In this document: positions 54,691-64,000 of the stretch, one piece after another
Layout of the letters: every line of letters starts with the position of its first letter
Position numbering within the stretch: position 1 is the stretch's first letter
Assembly (NCBI GenBank): GCA_034431315.1
Contig: DAOUDK010000034.1
Coordinates: 28,053 to 92,052 of the forward strand
Direction: 5' to 3'
Length of the DNA stretch: 64,000 bases
From: Anaerolineae bacterium
GTDB lineage: Bacteria; Chloroflexota; Anaerolineae; VGOG01
Program-made: the position numbers and the translations under genes
The notes under the pieces: generated by a model
What the model was told of the DNA's origin: nothing
Database searches by the model: none
The model's input: only the letters and a program-made list of their open reading frames with translations

Positions 54691-56595
54691 TCAAGCTACG
54701 AGTCCAGGAATTCTGGCCTCGCGTCGTCCGAAAAATGAACGGGCAGCCAGGGCCTGAGAGATGCCCCATAGAGCGCTGCGATAGGAGTCAACTATCTGGC
54801 CATATTCTTCAACTGCAATCTCCCCCAAGCCTTCGGCGTCCGCCTGGAGGAAACGCAACTCCTCAACCAACCTCTGAAGCCTCCGCTGGCGCAGACGCAG
54901 CCCTCCCTCAATCAGGGCCTTTTCTGCCTGGTCGTCGTTGGCGGATGGGGCGCCTCTTGGCCCTTCCAACAGAAGGTCGAAGCGAGGATGCAGCGTCAAG
55001 TCAAGCTCCGCCCGAAGGCTTCCTAAATCCTTCGGGCTCGAACTCTCTTGCCAGGAGGCGAATATCGCCCGGTTCCCGGCCTGGGCGAAATCATCCGCGT
55101 TCAGTCCATCCGCCCCCACGTCCCGCAGCGCATCATCCAAGCTATGAAGCAAGTGTGGTCTTTTGAGTAAAGTGAAGAGGCAATATTCTTCCAGCCCAAA
55201 AGCGAATTCCTCTCTGTCCGGCAGCACCTCTTTCTTTGGTTCGCGCCTTTTCGCCCTTTTACCTTTTACGCCGGCCTGATGCAGAAGCGTTTTCTCGTCC
55301 ACTCGAACCAGACGCGCCAGCTTCTGGACGTAGTGGGTGCGTTCGACGGCGTTACCGATCTCTTGGATCACAGGCATGAGCCTGCGCACAGCCTCCGCCT
55401 TGCCTTTGGGCGAATCCAGATCCAGCTCCGAAGTGATGATCTTGAAATAGTATTCCACTATCGGCAGGGCGCGCTCAACCAACTCGGCCCACAGAGCGGG
55501 GTTCTCCCTGATCACCTGGTCGGGATCCTGCCCCTGGGGCAGGGTGATGATGCGGATATCTACGTCCAGACGGCTTTCGTATTTGATCAGGCCGCGAGCG
55601 GTGGGCACAGGCACCACTCGCTGGGCCAGGGTTTCTTGAGCCAGGGCCATGCTGCGCAGGGTGGCCTGATGGCCGGCGGCGTCGGCGTCCAGGGCCAGGG
55701 CGAACCGCTGACCGAATCTGGCGAGCAGCCTGAGCTGGGTCTCGGTTAGAGCCGTGCCCATGGAAGCCACCACGTTGGCTATCCCGTGTTGGTGGGCCGT
55801 CAGCACGTCCATGTAGCCCTCGACGATGACGGCCAGTCCCTCCCGGCGGATGGCCCCCTTGGCCAAATCCAGGCCAAAGAGGATGGCGCTCTTGTCGAAG
55901 ATAGGGGTCTGAGGCGAGTTGATATACTTGGGAGTGGAATCATCCAGCGCCCTGGCTCCAAAACCCACCACCCCGCCCCGCTCGTCGCGGATGGGAATGA
56001 CCAACCGTCCCCGAAAGCGGTCGTAGTGGCCGCCGTCCTCCCGCTCAATGATCAGTCCCGCTGCAAGGAGGTCCTCTTGTTGGTATCCCCTCCCTTGTAG
56101 ATAATCGCCCAGGGCCTGCCAATCGTCGCGAGCGTAACCCAACTGGAATCTGCCGATGGTCTCTCGGTTGATCTCCCGCTGGTCGAGGTAGCTGCGCGCC
56201 GTCTCGCCCTCGGTCGAATTCAGGAGCAGGTTGTGAAAATACTCGGCGGCCCTCTCGTTGATCTCGCGCAATCGTTTCTTGAGCTTATCCTCAGCCTGGT
56301 CGGCCTCGGTGCGGGGTTTCAGACTCACCCCTGCCTGCCGGGCCAGGAGGCGCAGCGCGCCGGAGAAATCCATGTTCTCCTGCTGCATGACGAAGCTGAA
56401 CACATCGCCGCCTGTGCCGCAGGCCCCGAAGCAGTGCCAGCTCTGGGTGTCGGGGAAGACGACGAAGGAGGGCGTCTTCTCAGCATGGAAAGGACAGAGG
56501 CCCTTATAGTTCCGCCCCGCCTTCTTCAGGGCCACATAGCTGGAAACCACCTCGACTATGTCCAGTCTCTGTTTGATTTCGTCAACCACGCTCAT
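54691..56595 (-). CDS. dnaG: DNA primase
   Basis: Zinc-ribbon CPFHAEKTPSF...CFGCG, TOPRIM domain (EGYMDV); start ATG/GTG ambiguity of 7 codons. Confidence 0.9.
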   Translation of the reverse strand: MSVVDEIKQRLDIVEVVSSYVALKKAGRNYKGLCPFHAEKTPSFVVFPDTQSWHCFGACGTGGDVFSFVMQQENMDFSGALRLLARQAGVSLKPRTEADQAEDKLKKRLREINERAAEYFHNLLLNSTEGETARSYLDQREINRETIGRFQLGYARDDWQALGDYLQGRGYQQEDLLAAGLIIEREDGGHYDRFRGRLVIPIRDERGGVVGFGARALDDSTPKYINSPQTPIFDKSAILFGLDLAKGAIRREGLAVIVEGYMDVLTAHQHGIANVVASMGTALTETQLRLLARFGQRFALALDADAAGHQATLRSMALAQETLAQRVVPVPTARGLIKYESRLDVDIRIITLPQGQDPDQVIRENPALWAELVERALPIVEYYFKIITSELDLDSPKGKAEAVRRLMPVIQEIGNAVERTHYVQKLARLVRVDEKTLLHQAGVKGKRAKRREPKKEVLPDREEFAFGLEEYCLFTLLKRPHLLHSLDDALRDVGADGLNADDFAQAGNRAIFASWQESSSPKDLGSLRAELDLTLHPRFDLLLEGPRGAPSANDDQAEKALIEGGLRLRQRRLQRLVEELRFLQADAEGLGEIAVEEYGQIVDSYRSALWGISQALAARSFFGRREARIPGLVA

Positions 56596-56705
56596 ACTGA
56601 CAGCCTTCCCAACCACGGCTTAATCCTTCAAGCGGTTTCGTCGCGTTGTTTCCGAATCCGCCTGTAGCCCTCTCCCACCTGTGCAGGGGAAACACCACCA
56701 TTGCT

Positions 56706-57176
56706 TTACAAGCCCCCCTTTTTCCGGATCTCCCGCACTAGCTTCCACGCCAGCTTCAAATCGGCCTCTATCTCCTCGCGGCTGTATTCGGTAGGAGGCC
56801 CTGGAGGATAGCGGTCCTCAATATAGTATCTCGTGGCCTTCTCACAAAGCTCGATGAAAGGCTCGTACAGATCAGCCTCGAAGCCAGCCGCAAGGTTAAG
56901 CAGGGTATCCAACTCGTGGACCCACGGTGGTTTCTCTCCTTGGAGGACGAGATAACCTTTCAGGTGCTTTTCGATGGCCTGCTGGATGTGGTAGGCGATC
57001 GCGTCCGTGTATCCCCACTCGTCGTAGAGCAACTGGGCCGTTTCGATATCGTGGTCCCCTCGTTCGAACCATTCCAGCGCCTGTTGCTTCAGCCCTTCAT
57101 CGTTCGACGGCTCGACTGAGCCCCGCCCTGAGCGGGACGAAGGGCTCGCCGAAGTCCGAGGGTCACAAACGTCCAT
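56706..57176 (-). CDS. HEPN-domain protein (HepT-like toxin partner of MNT)
   Basis: HEPN (PF05168-like) helical domain AQQAIEKHLKGYLVLQG...HELDTL; overlaps upstream nucleotidyltransferase gene end. Confidence 0.6.
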   Translation of the reverse strand: MDVCDPRTSASPSSRSGRGSVEPSNDEGLKQQALEWFERGDHDIETAQLLYDEWGYTDAIAYHIQQAIEKHLKGYLVLQGEKPPWVHELDTLLNLAAGFEADLYEPFIELCEKATRYYIEDRYPPGPPTEYSREEIEADLKLAWKLVREIRKKGGL

Positions 57177-57498
57177 AGAGCACCTTTCCCTTCTCTACTA
57201 CCTCTTGGATGAAAAAATCCTTGATGGCAAGCCTTTCTTCAAGCTCTTTGGGGGTGTAGACGAGAGGTGATACGGACGTCGTTCTGCTGCGATCCCTCAG
57301 CAGCCGCTTTACCTCCATCCACCTTTCGATGGGGCGCTTATCGGTATCCTTGACGATAAGCAAGTCAATGTCGCTGTTCTCATCCGGTTCGCCGTAGGCG
57401 TAGGAGCCGAAGAGGATAACCCTTTGCGGCGCGTAGCCGGCAACGAGTTTTTCCAGAATGTCTTGGATGACATCCCATGCTTCATGCCTGTTATTCAT
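57163..57498 (-). CDS. minimal nucleotidyltransferase (MNT/MntA-like antitoxin partner)
   Basis: LFGSYAYGEPDENSDIDLLIV GS..D.D NTase motif; ATG with GGAGGCAGG RBS. Confidence 0.7.
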   Translation of the reverse strand: MNNRHEAWDVIQDILEKLVAGYAPQRVILFGSYAYGEPDENSDIDLLIVKDTDKRPIERWMEVKRLLRDRSRTTSVSPLVYTPKELEERLAIKDFFIQEVVEKGKVLYGRL

Positions 57499-57668
57499 CT
57501 TGCCTGCCTCCGCACAAGAGAAAATCATAGTTTCAGATAGACTCCGCTCATTACTCATTCCCTCCCCTTGGCTGAGCAATTGGTAATTGGAGCCACTTTC
57601 CTCTGCTGGTATTTTATCACAAACAACATGCTAAAGCAAATCTGTTGTCCCCGGTTGGTCTCACGCCC

Positions 57669-57710
57669 AATACAAAACAGTGGCAGCCCCGCGCCAACAG
57701 GGACTGCCAC
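57669..57710 (-). terminator. rho-independent terminator downstream of ppdK
   Basis: GTGGCAG...CTGCCAC hairpin followed by U-run on the minus-strand transcript. Confidence 0.55.
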
Positions 57711-57754
57711 CTGTCTGGTTTTTGTTTCAGGCGAAGATAGGTCTCAAAAGTTAC

Positions 57755-60571
57755 CTACTTGCGCCCGTATTCGTGCTCCAGCGCTGCCTGGGCCGCCGCC
57801 AGCCGGGCGATGGGCACGCGGAACGGTGAGCAGGAGACGTAGTTGAGGCCGATGATATGGCAGAACTCCACGCTGCTGGGCTCGCCACCATGCTCGCCGC
57901 AGATGCCAACCTCCAGTCCGGGCTTGGTGGCGCGGCCCTTCTCCACGCACATCTTCATCAGCACGCCCACGCCGTCCCGATCCAGCACCTCGAAGGGGTT
58001 GTTGGGCAGGATCTTGCGATCCACGTAGTCCAGCAGGAACTTCCCTTCAGCGTCGTCCCTCGAGATTCCATACGTCATCTGGGTCAGATCGTTGGTGCCA
58101 AAGGAGAAGAAATCGGCGTACTCAGCGATCTCGTCGGCGGTGATGGCCGCTCTTGGGATCTCGATCATGGTACCGATCTTGCAGTCCACCTCGATGCCCT
58201 TCTCGGCCATCACATCTTTGGCCACCTTCTCCAGTTTCTCCCGTTCGATGCGCAGCTCGTTCACGTCGGATGTCAGCGGGATCATGATCTCTGGGTGCAC
58301 GTCCACGCCTTCTTGGGCCACGTTGCAGGCCGCCTCGATGATGGCCCGCGTCTGCATCTCGGTCAGGCCCGGGTACATCAGCCCGGCGCGGCAGCCACGC
58401 AACCCCAGCATCGGGTTGACCTCCCACATGGCTTTGACCACCACTAGCATTTCCTCCAGATTGGCCAGCTTCTCCGGGTCCTCGCCGGTGCAGCGCAGAC
58501 GGGTGACTTCCTCGATCAGATCCTCGCGCGGGGGCAAAAACTCGTGCATGGGCGGATCAATCAGCCGGATGATGACCGGATAACCGTCCATGGCTCGGAA
58601 GATGCCCTCAAAGTCCTTTCGCTGGAAGGGAAGCAATTCCTTCAGATTCTTTCGATACTCCTGTACATCTGTGGAGGCATCGACTTTTTGCCGCGCTTCT
58701 TCCAACTCCCGGTGAATTTTCTCGTTGTCGGGGTTAGCTTCCAGCTTCGCCTGGCATTGGATTAGTTTCCTCTCCAGGGGTGCTGCTTCCCTTGAGTTCA
58801 GGATCATCGCCACCACGATTTCTCGCCGACTTGCTTCTTCCCCCTCTTGGTCAAAGAACATGTGCTCGGTGCGGCATAGCCCGATGCCCTCGGCACCGAA
58901 AACACGAGCGCGGGCAGCGTCCGGAGGATTATCGGCGTTGGTCCACACACCCAGCTTGCGGACCTCGTCAGCCCATCCTAACAAGGTGATCAAATCGTGC
59001 TCTTCCTCAAATTTGGCCTCAATGGTAGCGATAGAACCTTCAAATACCTCACCGGCAGCGCCGTTGACGGAGATTAAATCCCCCTCTTTGATCTCCTTGC
59101 CACTTACGCTGAACTTGCGAGCGGCCAGGTCAATCTCGATAGCCTCGCAGCCGGCCACGCAGGGCTTACCCCAGCCGCGAGCTACGACAGCAGCGTGCGA
59201 GGTCATACCTCCGTGCTGGGTCAGGATGCCCTGGGCCTGCACCATACCATGCACGTCGTCGGGGTTGGTCTCCGGACGTACCAGTATGACCGCCTCACCA
59301 GCCTTGCCCCGTTCTTCGGCCGTGTCGGCGTCAAAGACGACGATGCCAGTGGCCGCGCCTGGGGAGGCATTAAGCCCCTTAGCCAGCAAATCGCCCCGCT
59401 CCTTGGCTTCTAACACAGCCTGCGGGTCGAACCGGGGATGCAAGAACTGATCCACTTGCCCCGGGGGCACTCGCATCAGAGCTTCTTCCTTGGTGATCAG
59501 ACCCTCGTTGACCATGTCCACCGCGATCTTGACCGCTGCCGCTGCGGTGCGCTTGCCCGTGCGGGTCTGGAGCATCCACAGCTTGCCCTGCTCGATGGTG
59601 AATTCCATATCCTGCATATCGCGATAATGGTTCTCCAGCAGATCGCAAAACTCCAAGAACAGCTTATAGTTTTCGGGAAATTCTTTCTCCATTTCGGCGA
59701 TCTGACTGGGGGTGCGGGTGCCAGCCACCACGTCCTCGCCCTGGGCGTTCATCAGATACTCGCCATAGAGCTTGTTCTCACCAGTGGAGGGGTTGCGGGT
59801 GAAGGCCACGCCGGTGCCGCTGCCCTCGCCCATGTTGCCAAAGACCATGGTCTGCACGTTGACAGCGGTGCCCCAGTCGTGGGCCAGGCCCTCGGCGTTG
59901 CGATAGGCCATGGCCGGTGCTCCGAACCAGGAGTCAAATACAGCAGCGGTGGCCTGGCGCACTTGCTCGTAGGGATCGTCGGGGAAGTACTCGCCCAGCT
60001 CTTTCTTGTACAGAGCCTTGAAGTCCTTGACCACGTCCTTGAGCATGTCGGTGGTCAGGTCAGTGTCCTTACCACCCTCGGTCTTGGCTTTGTACTCGTC
60101 CAGGATGGCTTCGAACTTGTGACGGGCCACCCCCTTTACGATATTGCCGAACATCTGCACCAGGCGGCGGTAGGCGTCCCAGGCGAATCGCTCGTTGCCG
60201 GTCAACTCGACCATGCCCTTGAGCGTATCGGCATTGAGGCCGATGTTGAGCACGGTGTCCATCATGCCCGGCATGGAGACCCGTGCCCCAGAGCGGCAGG
60301 AGACCAGCAAAGGGTTGGCCTGATCGCCAAGCTTTTTGCCGGCCTGTTTTTCGACCTCCTTCATCGCCTCCAGCACCTGATCCCACATCCCTTCGGGGAA
60401 CTGCTTGCCAGCCTCGAAGTAGGCGTTACAAGCCTCGGTGGTAACGGTGAACCCTGGGGGGACGGGCAATCCAATGTTCGTCATCTCGGCCAGGTTTGCG
60501 CCCTTCCCGCCCAAGAGATCGCGCATGTCTTTGTTCCCTTCTTCAAACAGATAGACCCACTTCTTCGTCAT
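57755..60571 (-). CDS. ppdK: pyruvate, phosphate dikinase
   Basis: 938 aa; N-terminal ATP-grasp (GGKGANLAEM), central phospho-His domain (GGMTSHAAVVARGWG), C-terminal PEP-utilising TIM barrel. Confidence 0.9.
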   Translation of the reverse strand: MTKKWVYLFEEGNKDMRDLLGGKGANLAEMTNIGLPVPPGFTVTTEACNAYFEAGKQFPEGMWDQVLEAMKEVEKQAGKKLGDQANPLLVSCRSGARVSMPGMMDTVLNIGLNADTLKGMVELTGNERFAWDAYRRLVQMFGNIVKGVARHKFEAILDEYKAKTEGGKDTDLTTDMLKDVVKDFKALYKKELGEYFPDDPYEQVRQATAAVFDSWFGAPAMAYRNAEGLAHDWGTAVNVQTMVFGNMGEGSGTGVAFTRNPSTGENKLYGEYLMNAQGEDVVAGTRTPSQIAEMEKEFPENYKLFLEFCDLLENHYRDMQDMEFTIEQGKLWMLQTRTGKRTAAAAVKIAVDMVNEGLITKEEALMRVPPGQVDQFLHPRFDPQAVLEAKERGDLLAKGLNASPGAATGIVVFDADTAEERGKAGEAVILVRPETNPDDVHGMVQAQGILTQHGGMTSHAAVVARGWGKPCVAGCEAIEIDLAARKFSVSGKEIKEGDLISVNGAAGEVFEGSIATIEAKFEEEHDLITLLGWADEVRKLGVWTNADNPPDAARARVFGAEGIGLCRTEHMFFDQEGEEASRREIVVAMILNSREAAPLERKLIQCQAKLEANPDNEKIHRELEEARQKVDASTDVQEYRKNLKELLPFQRKDFEGIFRAMDGYPVIIRLIDPPMHEFLPPREDLIEEVTRLRCTGEDPEKLANLEEMLVVVKAMWEVNPMLGLRGCRAGLMYPGLTEMQTRAIIEAACNVAQEGVDVHPEIMIPLTSDVNELRIEREKLEKVAKDVMAEKGIEVDCKIGTMIEIPRAAITADEIAEYADFFSFGTNDLTQMTYGISRDDAEGKFLLDYVDRKILPNNPFEVLDRDGVGVLMKMCVEKGRATKPGLEVGICGEHGGEPSSVEFCHIIGLNYVSCSPFRVPIARLAAAQAALEHEYGRK

Positions 60572-60649
60572 TGTTATTGAAACCTCCTAAAGTTTTGATT
60601 ATAGCCCAAAGGCTTTTTTACACTTTTTCCTCTAAATGAGGGTGGTGGA

Positions 60650-61039
60650 TCATGAGCCCAATTTGGCTGCCTTGTCCCTGATCCACATTTCAACCTCCTC
60701 CTTGGTCGAGACGGAGGAGGCCACGTCAATGGTGAATTGGTAGAGTTCGTCGTTGGTGGCGCTGAGGGTGTAGCCGTTGATATTGAGAAAACGCATCAGG
60801 GCGAGAAAAGCCGTTCGCTTGTTGCCATCAAGAAAGGGATGATTCTTGATCAGCAGGTAGAACAGAATGGTTGCTTTTGAAAGGACATCGGGATAAAGCT
60901 CCTCGCCGAACATTGTCTGACGAGGGGCAGCCAGTGTGGCCTCTAATCGGCCCAGGTTAAGTAGCTCTGGCGCGCCCCCGTATTCCCGAATGGCCCGGTC
61001 GTGGATGGCGAAGATTTCGTCAATGGTGAGGTATCGCAC
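60650..61039 (-). CDS. doc: Fic/Doc-family toxin (death-on-curing)
   Basis: HPFLDGNKRTA Fic motif HxFx(D/N)GNKR. Confidence 0.8.
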   Translation of the reverse strand: MRYLTIDEIFAIHDRAIREYGGAPELLNLGRLEATLAAPRQTMFGEELYPDVLSKATILFYLLIKNHPFLDGNKRTAFLALMRFLNINGYTLSATNDELYQFTIDVASSVSTKEEVEMWIRDKAAKLGS

Positions 61040-61048
61040 TCCGTCCCC

Positions 61049-61267
61049 CTAGGAGTTGGCCAGGCGCTCCAGCACATCGCCGTATCGCTTCATCGCATCA
61101 TCTAACCAAGCATTCAACTCCCGTCGCTGAGGGTCGTGAGGACGAATAATTACCTCGCTGTGCAAAAAGAGAACCTCCAACTTCCCCTTCTCGGTGACAC
61201 CAGGGACGCTCATCCATTCCTGCATCATATCTAAGAACTTCTCCCGCTCCACCACCACACTGGTCAT
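61049..61267 (-). CDS. putative antitoxin (Phd-like) of the Doc toxin
   Basis: 72-aa ORF 9 nt upstream of doc on the same strand. Confidence 0.5.
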   Translation of the reverse strand: MTSVVVEREKFLDMMQEWMSVPGVTEKGKLEVLFLHSEVIIRPHDPQRRELNAWLDDAMKRYGDVLERLANS

Positions 61268-61318
61268 CTCCCTACCTCCTGGCCTGAATTATATCCCCAT
61301 CGGACGATTTTGGCAAGG

Positions 61319-64000
61319 CTAGAATCCCTCTACCCTGGTCAAATCCACGATCCCTTCTGTCAAGGCGGCGATGCGCTGCAAGAGGGCCAGGCGATTTTCC
61401 CGAAGCGTCTCGTCCTCGGCCATGACCAGCACGTCGTCGAAGAAGGCAGTGATGGGTTCGATCATCGGCTGGAAGGCGGTGAAGAACTGGTCAATGCTGC
61501 CCTGGAGGCCTACTTGCTCCTGACAGGTCAGATATGCCTCGTAGAGACGCTGAGTGGAGGGTTCGACGAACCGGTCTGGCTGCAGCTCGAACTCGGTTTC
61601 GAAGCTCCGCACGATGCGCACACAACGGGAATAGGCGTTGAGCAGACTCATCCAGTCGTCGCGCAGCGTCCAGGCAACGAACTCTTGCACGGTCTGATGT
61701 GCCAGGTAGGGATCGTGGCCGCGCTCGGCTAGAACAGCATCCACCAAGTCGTAACGGAAGGATTGCTCCAGAAGCCAGACTCGCAAGCGTTGCGCGATGA
61801 AAGCCAACGTCTCAGCCTGGGCTCCTTCATCGGCAGCCACAGGGAGCAGGGCCGCTGCCTCGCACAGGCCCTCTCTCAGGTCGAAGGAGATGCCTGCCCC
61901 GGCCAGAACTTGCACGATGCCCAGGGCCGCCCGCCTCAGGCCGTAGGGGTCGGCTGAGCCGCTTGGTTTCAGGCCAACTGAGAAGAGGCCCGCTAAGCTG
62001 TCCAGCCGGTCGGCCAGCCCCACGACGATGCCCGGCAAGGTTTCGGGAAGCCAATCGCCGGCGAAGCGGGGCAGATAGTGCTCGAAGATGGCCTGGGCGA
62101 CAGCAGGATCCTCGCCGGAGCGCAAGGCGTACTCCTTCCCCATCGCCCCCTGAAGCGAGGTCAGCTCCACCACCATCTGGGTGGCCAAATCCGCCTTGCA
62201 GAGGTGAGCGGCTCGCCTGGCCGTGGCTGTCTCTGCCTCCGAAAGGCCAAGCACCGCGCTCAAGCGAGGAGCCAGTTGTCCCAACCGCTTCGTCTTGTCC
62301 AAGACGGAACCCAACTGCTCCTGAAAGGTCAAGGTGTCCAGACGGGGCAAAAAGTCTTCCAACGGCTTCTTCGTATCGGCCTGGTAGAAGAACCCGGCGT
62401 CGGCGAAGCGGGCCCGAAGCACCTCCTCGTTGCCGTGCTGCACGATGTCCAGGTGCTCGTCATCCCCATTGCGCACGGCGATGAAATACGGCAGGAGTTC
62501 TCCATCCTCTTTCACCACGGAGAAGTAGCGCTGATGCTTCTTCATCACCGTGACGAGGACTTCCTTGGGCAGCTCCAAGTAATCTGGCTCAAAGGCGCCC
62601 AAGAGGGCAGTGGGGCACTCCACCAGATTGGTCACCTCGTCCAAGAGCCCAGGGTCGTCGGGGATTCGCCCGCCCACCTCGGCGGCCAGCTTATCCACCT
62701 GCTGGCGGATCATCTGGCGCCGCTTTTCCACGTCAACCACGATGCTGTTGGCCTCCATGAGGGCGAAGAAGTCCTCAGCCCTCCGGATCACGATTTCGGG
62801 CGAGCGCAGCGGCCTGAGTCCGCGCGAGGTACAGCCGCTGTTCACGCCCGCGTACTCGAAGGGGATGACACTGTCGCCCAGAAGGGCCACGATCCAGCGG
62901 ACGGGGCGGGAGAAGGCTATGTTAGTGGCGTTCCAGCGCATGGAGAGGGAAAAGCGCAGGCTGGCGATCAGGTCGGGCAGGAGGTTAGCCAGCACCTCGG
63001 CTGCTGGTTGCCCCTTCTCCACCCTGGCGGCGACAGTGTACTGGCCGCCATCCAATTCGCGAACCTCCAGGCTCTCGACAGCCACTCCCTGGCTCCTGGC
63101 GAAACCCTCGGCCGCTCTGGTAGGTTGCCCCTCTTTGTCGAAGGCTACCTTCGCCGGTGGCCCCTTGGCAAACCCTTCTTCGTCGCGCTGCCTGGCAGCC
63201 AGTTCCTCGACGTAGACGACCAGTCGCCGGGGCGTGCCCGTGACCTGAATCTCGCCGTGCTCCAATCGCGCCTCGGCCAACAACTTGGGTGTGGCCTTCT
63301 CCAGTTGGGCAATAGCAGAGTCAAGATCGCCTGCTGGCAACTCCTCGGTCCCGATTTCGAGTAAGAAGGGTAATGAGGTATGAGGCAATGAGGTAACGAG
63401 GACTTCTCGTTGCCTCGTTGCCTTGTTGTCTTGTTGCCTGACTTCCCTAAGCAAGGGGAATCCCATCTCCTCCCGCTGCCTCACATACGCCTCGGACACG
63501 GCTCGCGCTAGATCCCGCATCCTGGCGAAGTACCTGGCCCGTTCGGTGACGCCAACAGCGCCGCGGGCGTCCAGCACGTTGAAGGCGTGAGAGCACTTTA
63601 GGACATAATCGTGAGCCGGGATCACCAGTCCTCTCTCCAGAGCGTTCTGGGCCTCGGCCTCGTACAGATTGTAAAGCTGGGTCAATCTCCCCACATCAGC
63701 CTGCTCAAAGTTGTAGATGCAGTGTTCGATCTCGCTCTTAAGAAGGACGTCCCCGTAGGTGAGGCCATCGAGCCACTCGATTTCGGTGAAGCCCTGCACC
63801 CCCTGCAATGGGAGCATGATGCGCTCTAAGCCATAAGTGATCTCCACTGAGACGGGGTCGAGGGAGAAGCCCCCGGCCTGTTGGAAATACGTGAACTGGG
63901 TGATCTCCTGCCCGTCGAGCCAGACCTCCCAACCCAGGCCCCAGGCTCCCAGGGCTGGCGACGCCCAGTTATCCTCCACGAAGCGGATGTCGTGCTGGCG
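61319..64000 (-). CDS. glyQS: fused glycine--tRNA ligase alpha/beta subunits (GlyQS), 5'-partial (continues beyond window end)
   Basis: GlyQ C-terminal motifs ([27 protein letters not shown]) followed without a stop by GlyS beta-subunit sequence; the ORF is open to the window edge. Confidence 0.85.
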   Translation of the reverse strand, partial: RQHDIRFVEDNWASPALGAWGLGWEVWLDGQEITQFTYFQQAGGFSLDPVSVEITYGLERIMLPLQGVQGFTEIEWLDGLTYGDVLLKSEIEHCIYNFEQADVGRLTQLYNLYEAEAQNALERGLVIPAHDYVLKCSHAFNVLDARGAVGVTERARYFARMRDLARAVSEAYVRQREEMGFPLLREVRQQDNKATRQREVLVTSLPHTSLPFLLEIGTEELPAGDLDSAIAQLEKATPKLLAEARLEHGEIQVTGTPRRLVVYVEELAARQRDEEGFAKGPPAKVAFDKEGQPTRAAEGFARSQGVAVESLEVRELDGGQYTVAARVEKGQPAAEVLANLLPDLIASLRFSLSMRWNATNIAFSRPVRWIVALLGDSVIPFEYAGVNSGCTSRGLRPLRSPEIVIRRAEDFFALMEANSIVVDVEKRRQMIRQQVDKLAAEVGGRIPDDPGLLDEVTNLVECPTALLGAFEPDYLELPKEVLVTVMKKHQRYFSVVKEDGELLPYFIAVRNGDDEHLDIVQHGNEEVLRARFADAGFFYQADTKKPLEDFLPRLDTLTFQEQLGSVLDKTKRLGQLAPRLSAVLGLSEAETATARRAAHLCKADLATQMVVELTSLQGAMGKEYALRSGEDPAVAQAIFEHYLPRFAGDWLPETLPGIVVGLADRLDSLAGLFSVGLKPSGSADPYGLRRAALGIVQVLAGAGISFDLREGLCEAAALLPVAADEGAQAETLAFIAQRLRVWLLEQSFRYDLVDAVLAERGHDPYLAHQTVQEFVAWTLRDDWMSLLNAYSRCVRIVRSFETEFELQPDRFVEPSTQRLYEAYLTCQEQVGLQGSIDQFFTAFQPMIEPITAFFDDVLVMAEDETLRENRLALLQRIAALTEGIVDLTRVEGF

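Overview
This is a high-GC (roughly 60-65%) bacterial chromosomal segment. Its gene content suggests a Chloroflexota-like filamentous organism: a fused glyQS, three giant DUF2723/GT-C-like membrane proteins, and many Pro/Thr-linker secreted proteins. This taxonomic placement is my inference, not a computed result. Most of the window is housekeeping or envelope biology: adenosine deaminase, a glycan-biosynthesis operon (PfkB/RfaE-like kinase, epimerase, GT1, DUF2723 membrane proteins), der-cdaR-cdaA-argF, an ECF sigma/anti-sigma module, tandem deoxynucleoside kinases, cysK-like, tdh/kbl, maf, an OYE oxidoreductase, tRNA-Asn, dnaG-rpoD, ppdK and glyQS. The standout is a lower-GC, apparently single-strand gene cluster at about 1358..9169 (minus strand). 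It encodes three tandem thymidylate-kinase-fold paralogs that all lack the Walker-A lysine, a stand-alone dCTP-deaminase-family protein, a STAND-like P-loop ATPase, and a 959-aa NACHT NTPase with HEAT repeats and a C-terminal FGE-sulfatase (formylglycine-generating-enzyme-like) domain. I propose this as a candidate, undescribed nucleotide-depletion/NLR-like conflict (antiphage) system. It resembles a split and expanded version of the kinase-domain plus dCTP-deaminase defence proteins. Other notable items: a c-di-GMP-I (GEMM) riboswitch candidate with an attenuator hairpin upstream of a secreted protein, which is one of a pair of near-identical duplicated genes; two type-II/VII toxin-antitoxin pairs (HEPN/MNT, Phd/Doc); an ATP-cone::uridine-kinase-like fusion coupled to a HAD hydrolase; and several families of small repeats inserted in-frame into coding sequences. 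These repeats include a C7-loop-G7 palindromic mini-element, a roughly 55-nt 'ctcgaaac' element, and AAAGYTC heptamer runs inside der and at the argF 3' end. There is also an apparent frameshift at poly-C tracts in one DUF2723 gene, and an in-frame TGA in the N-terminus of an archaeal-type AAA ATPase. No CRISPR array, rRNA, or clear integrase/transposase was seen.
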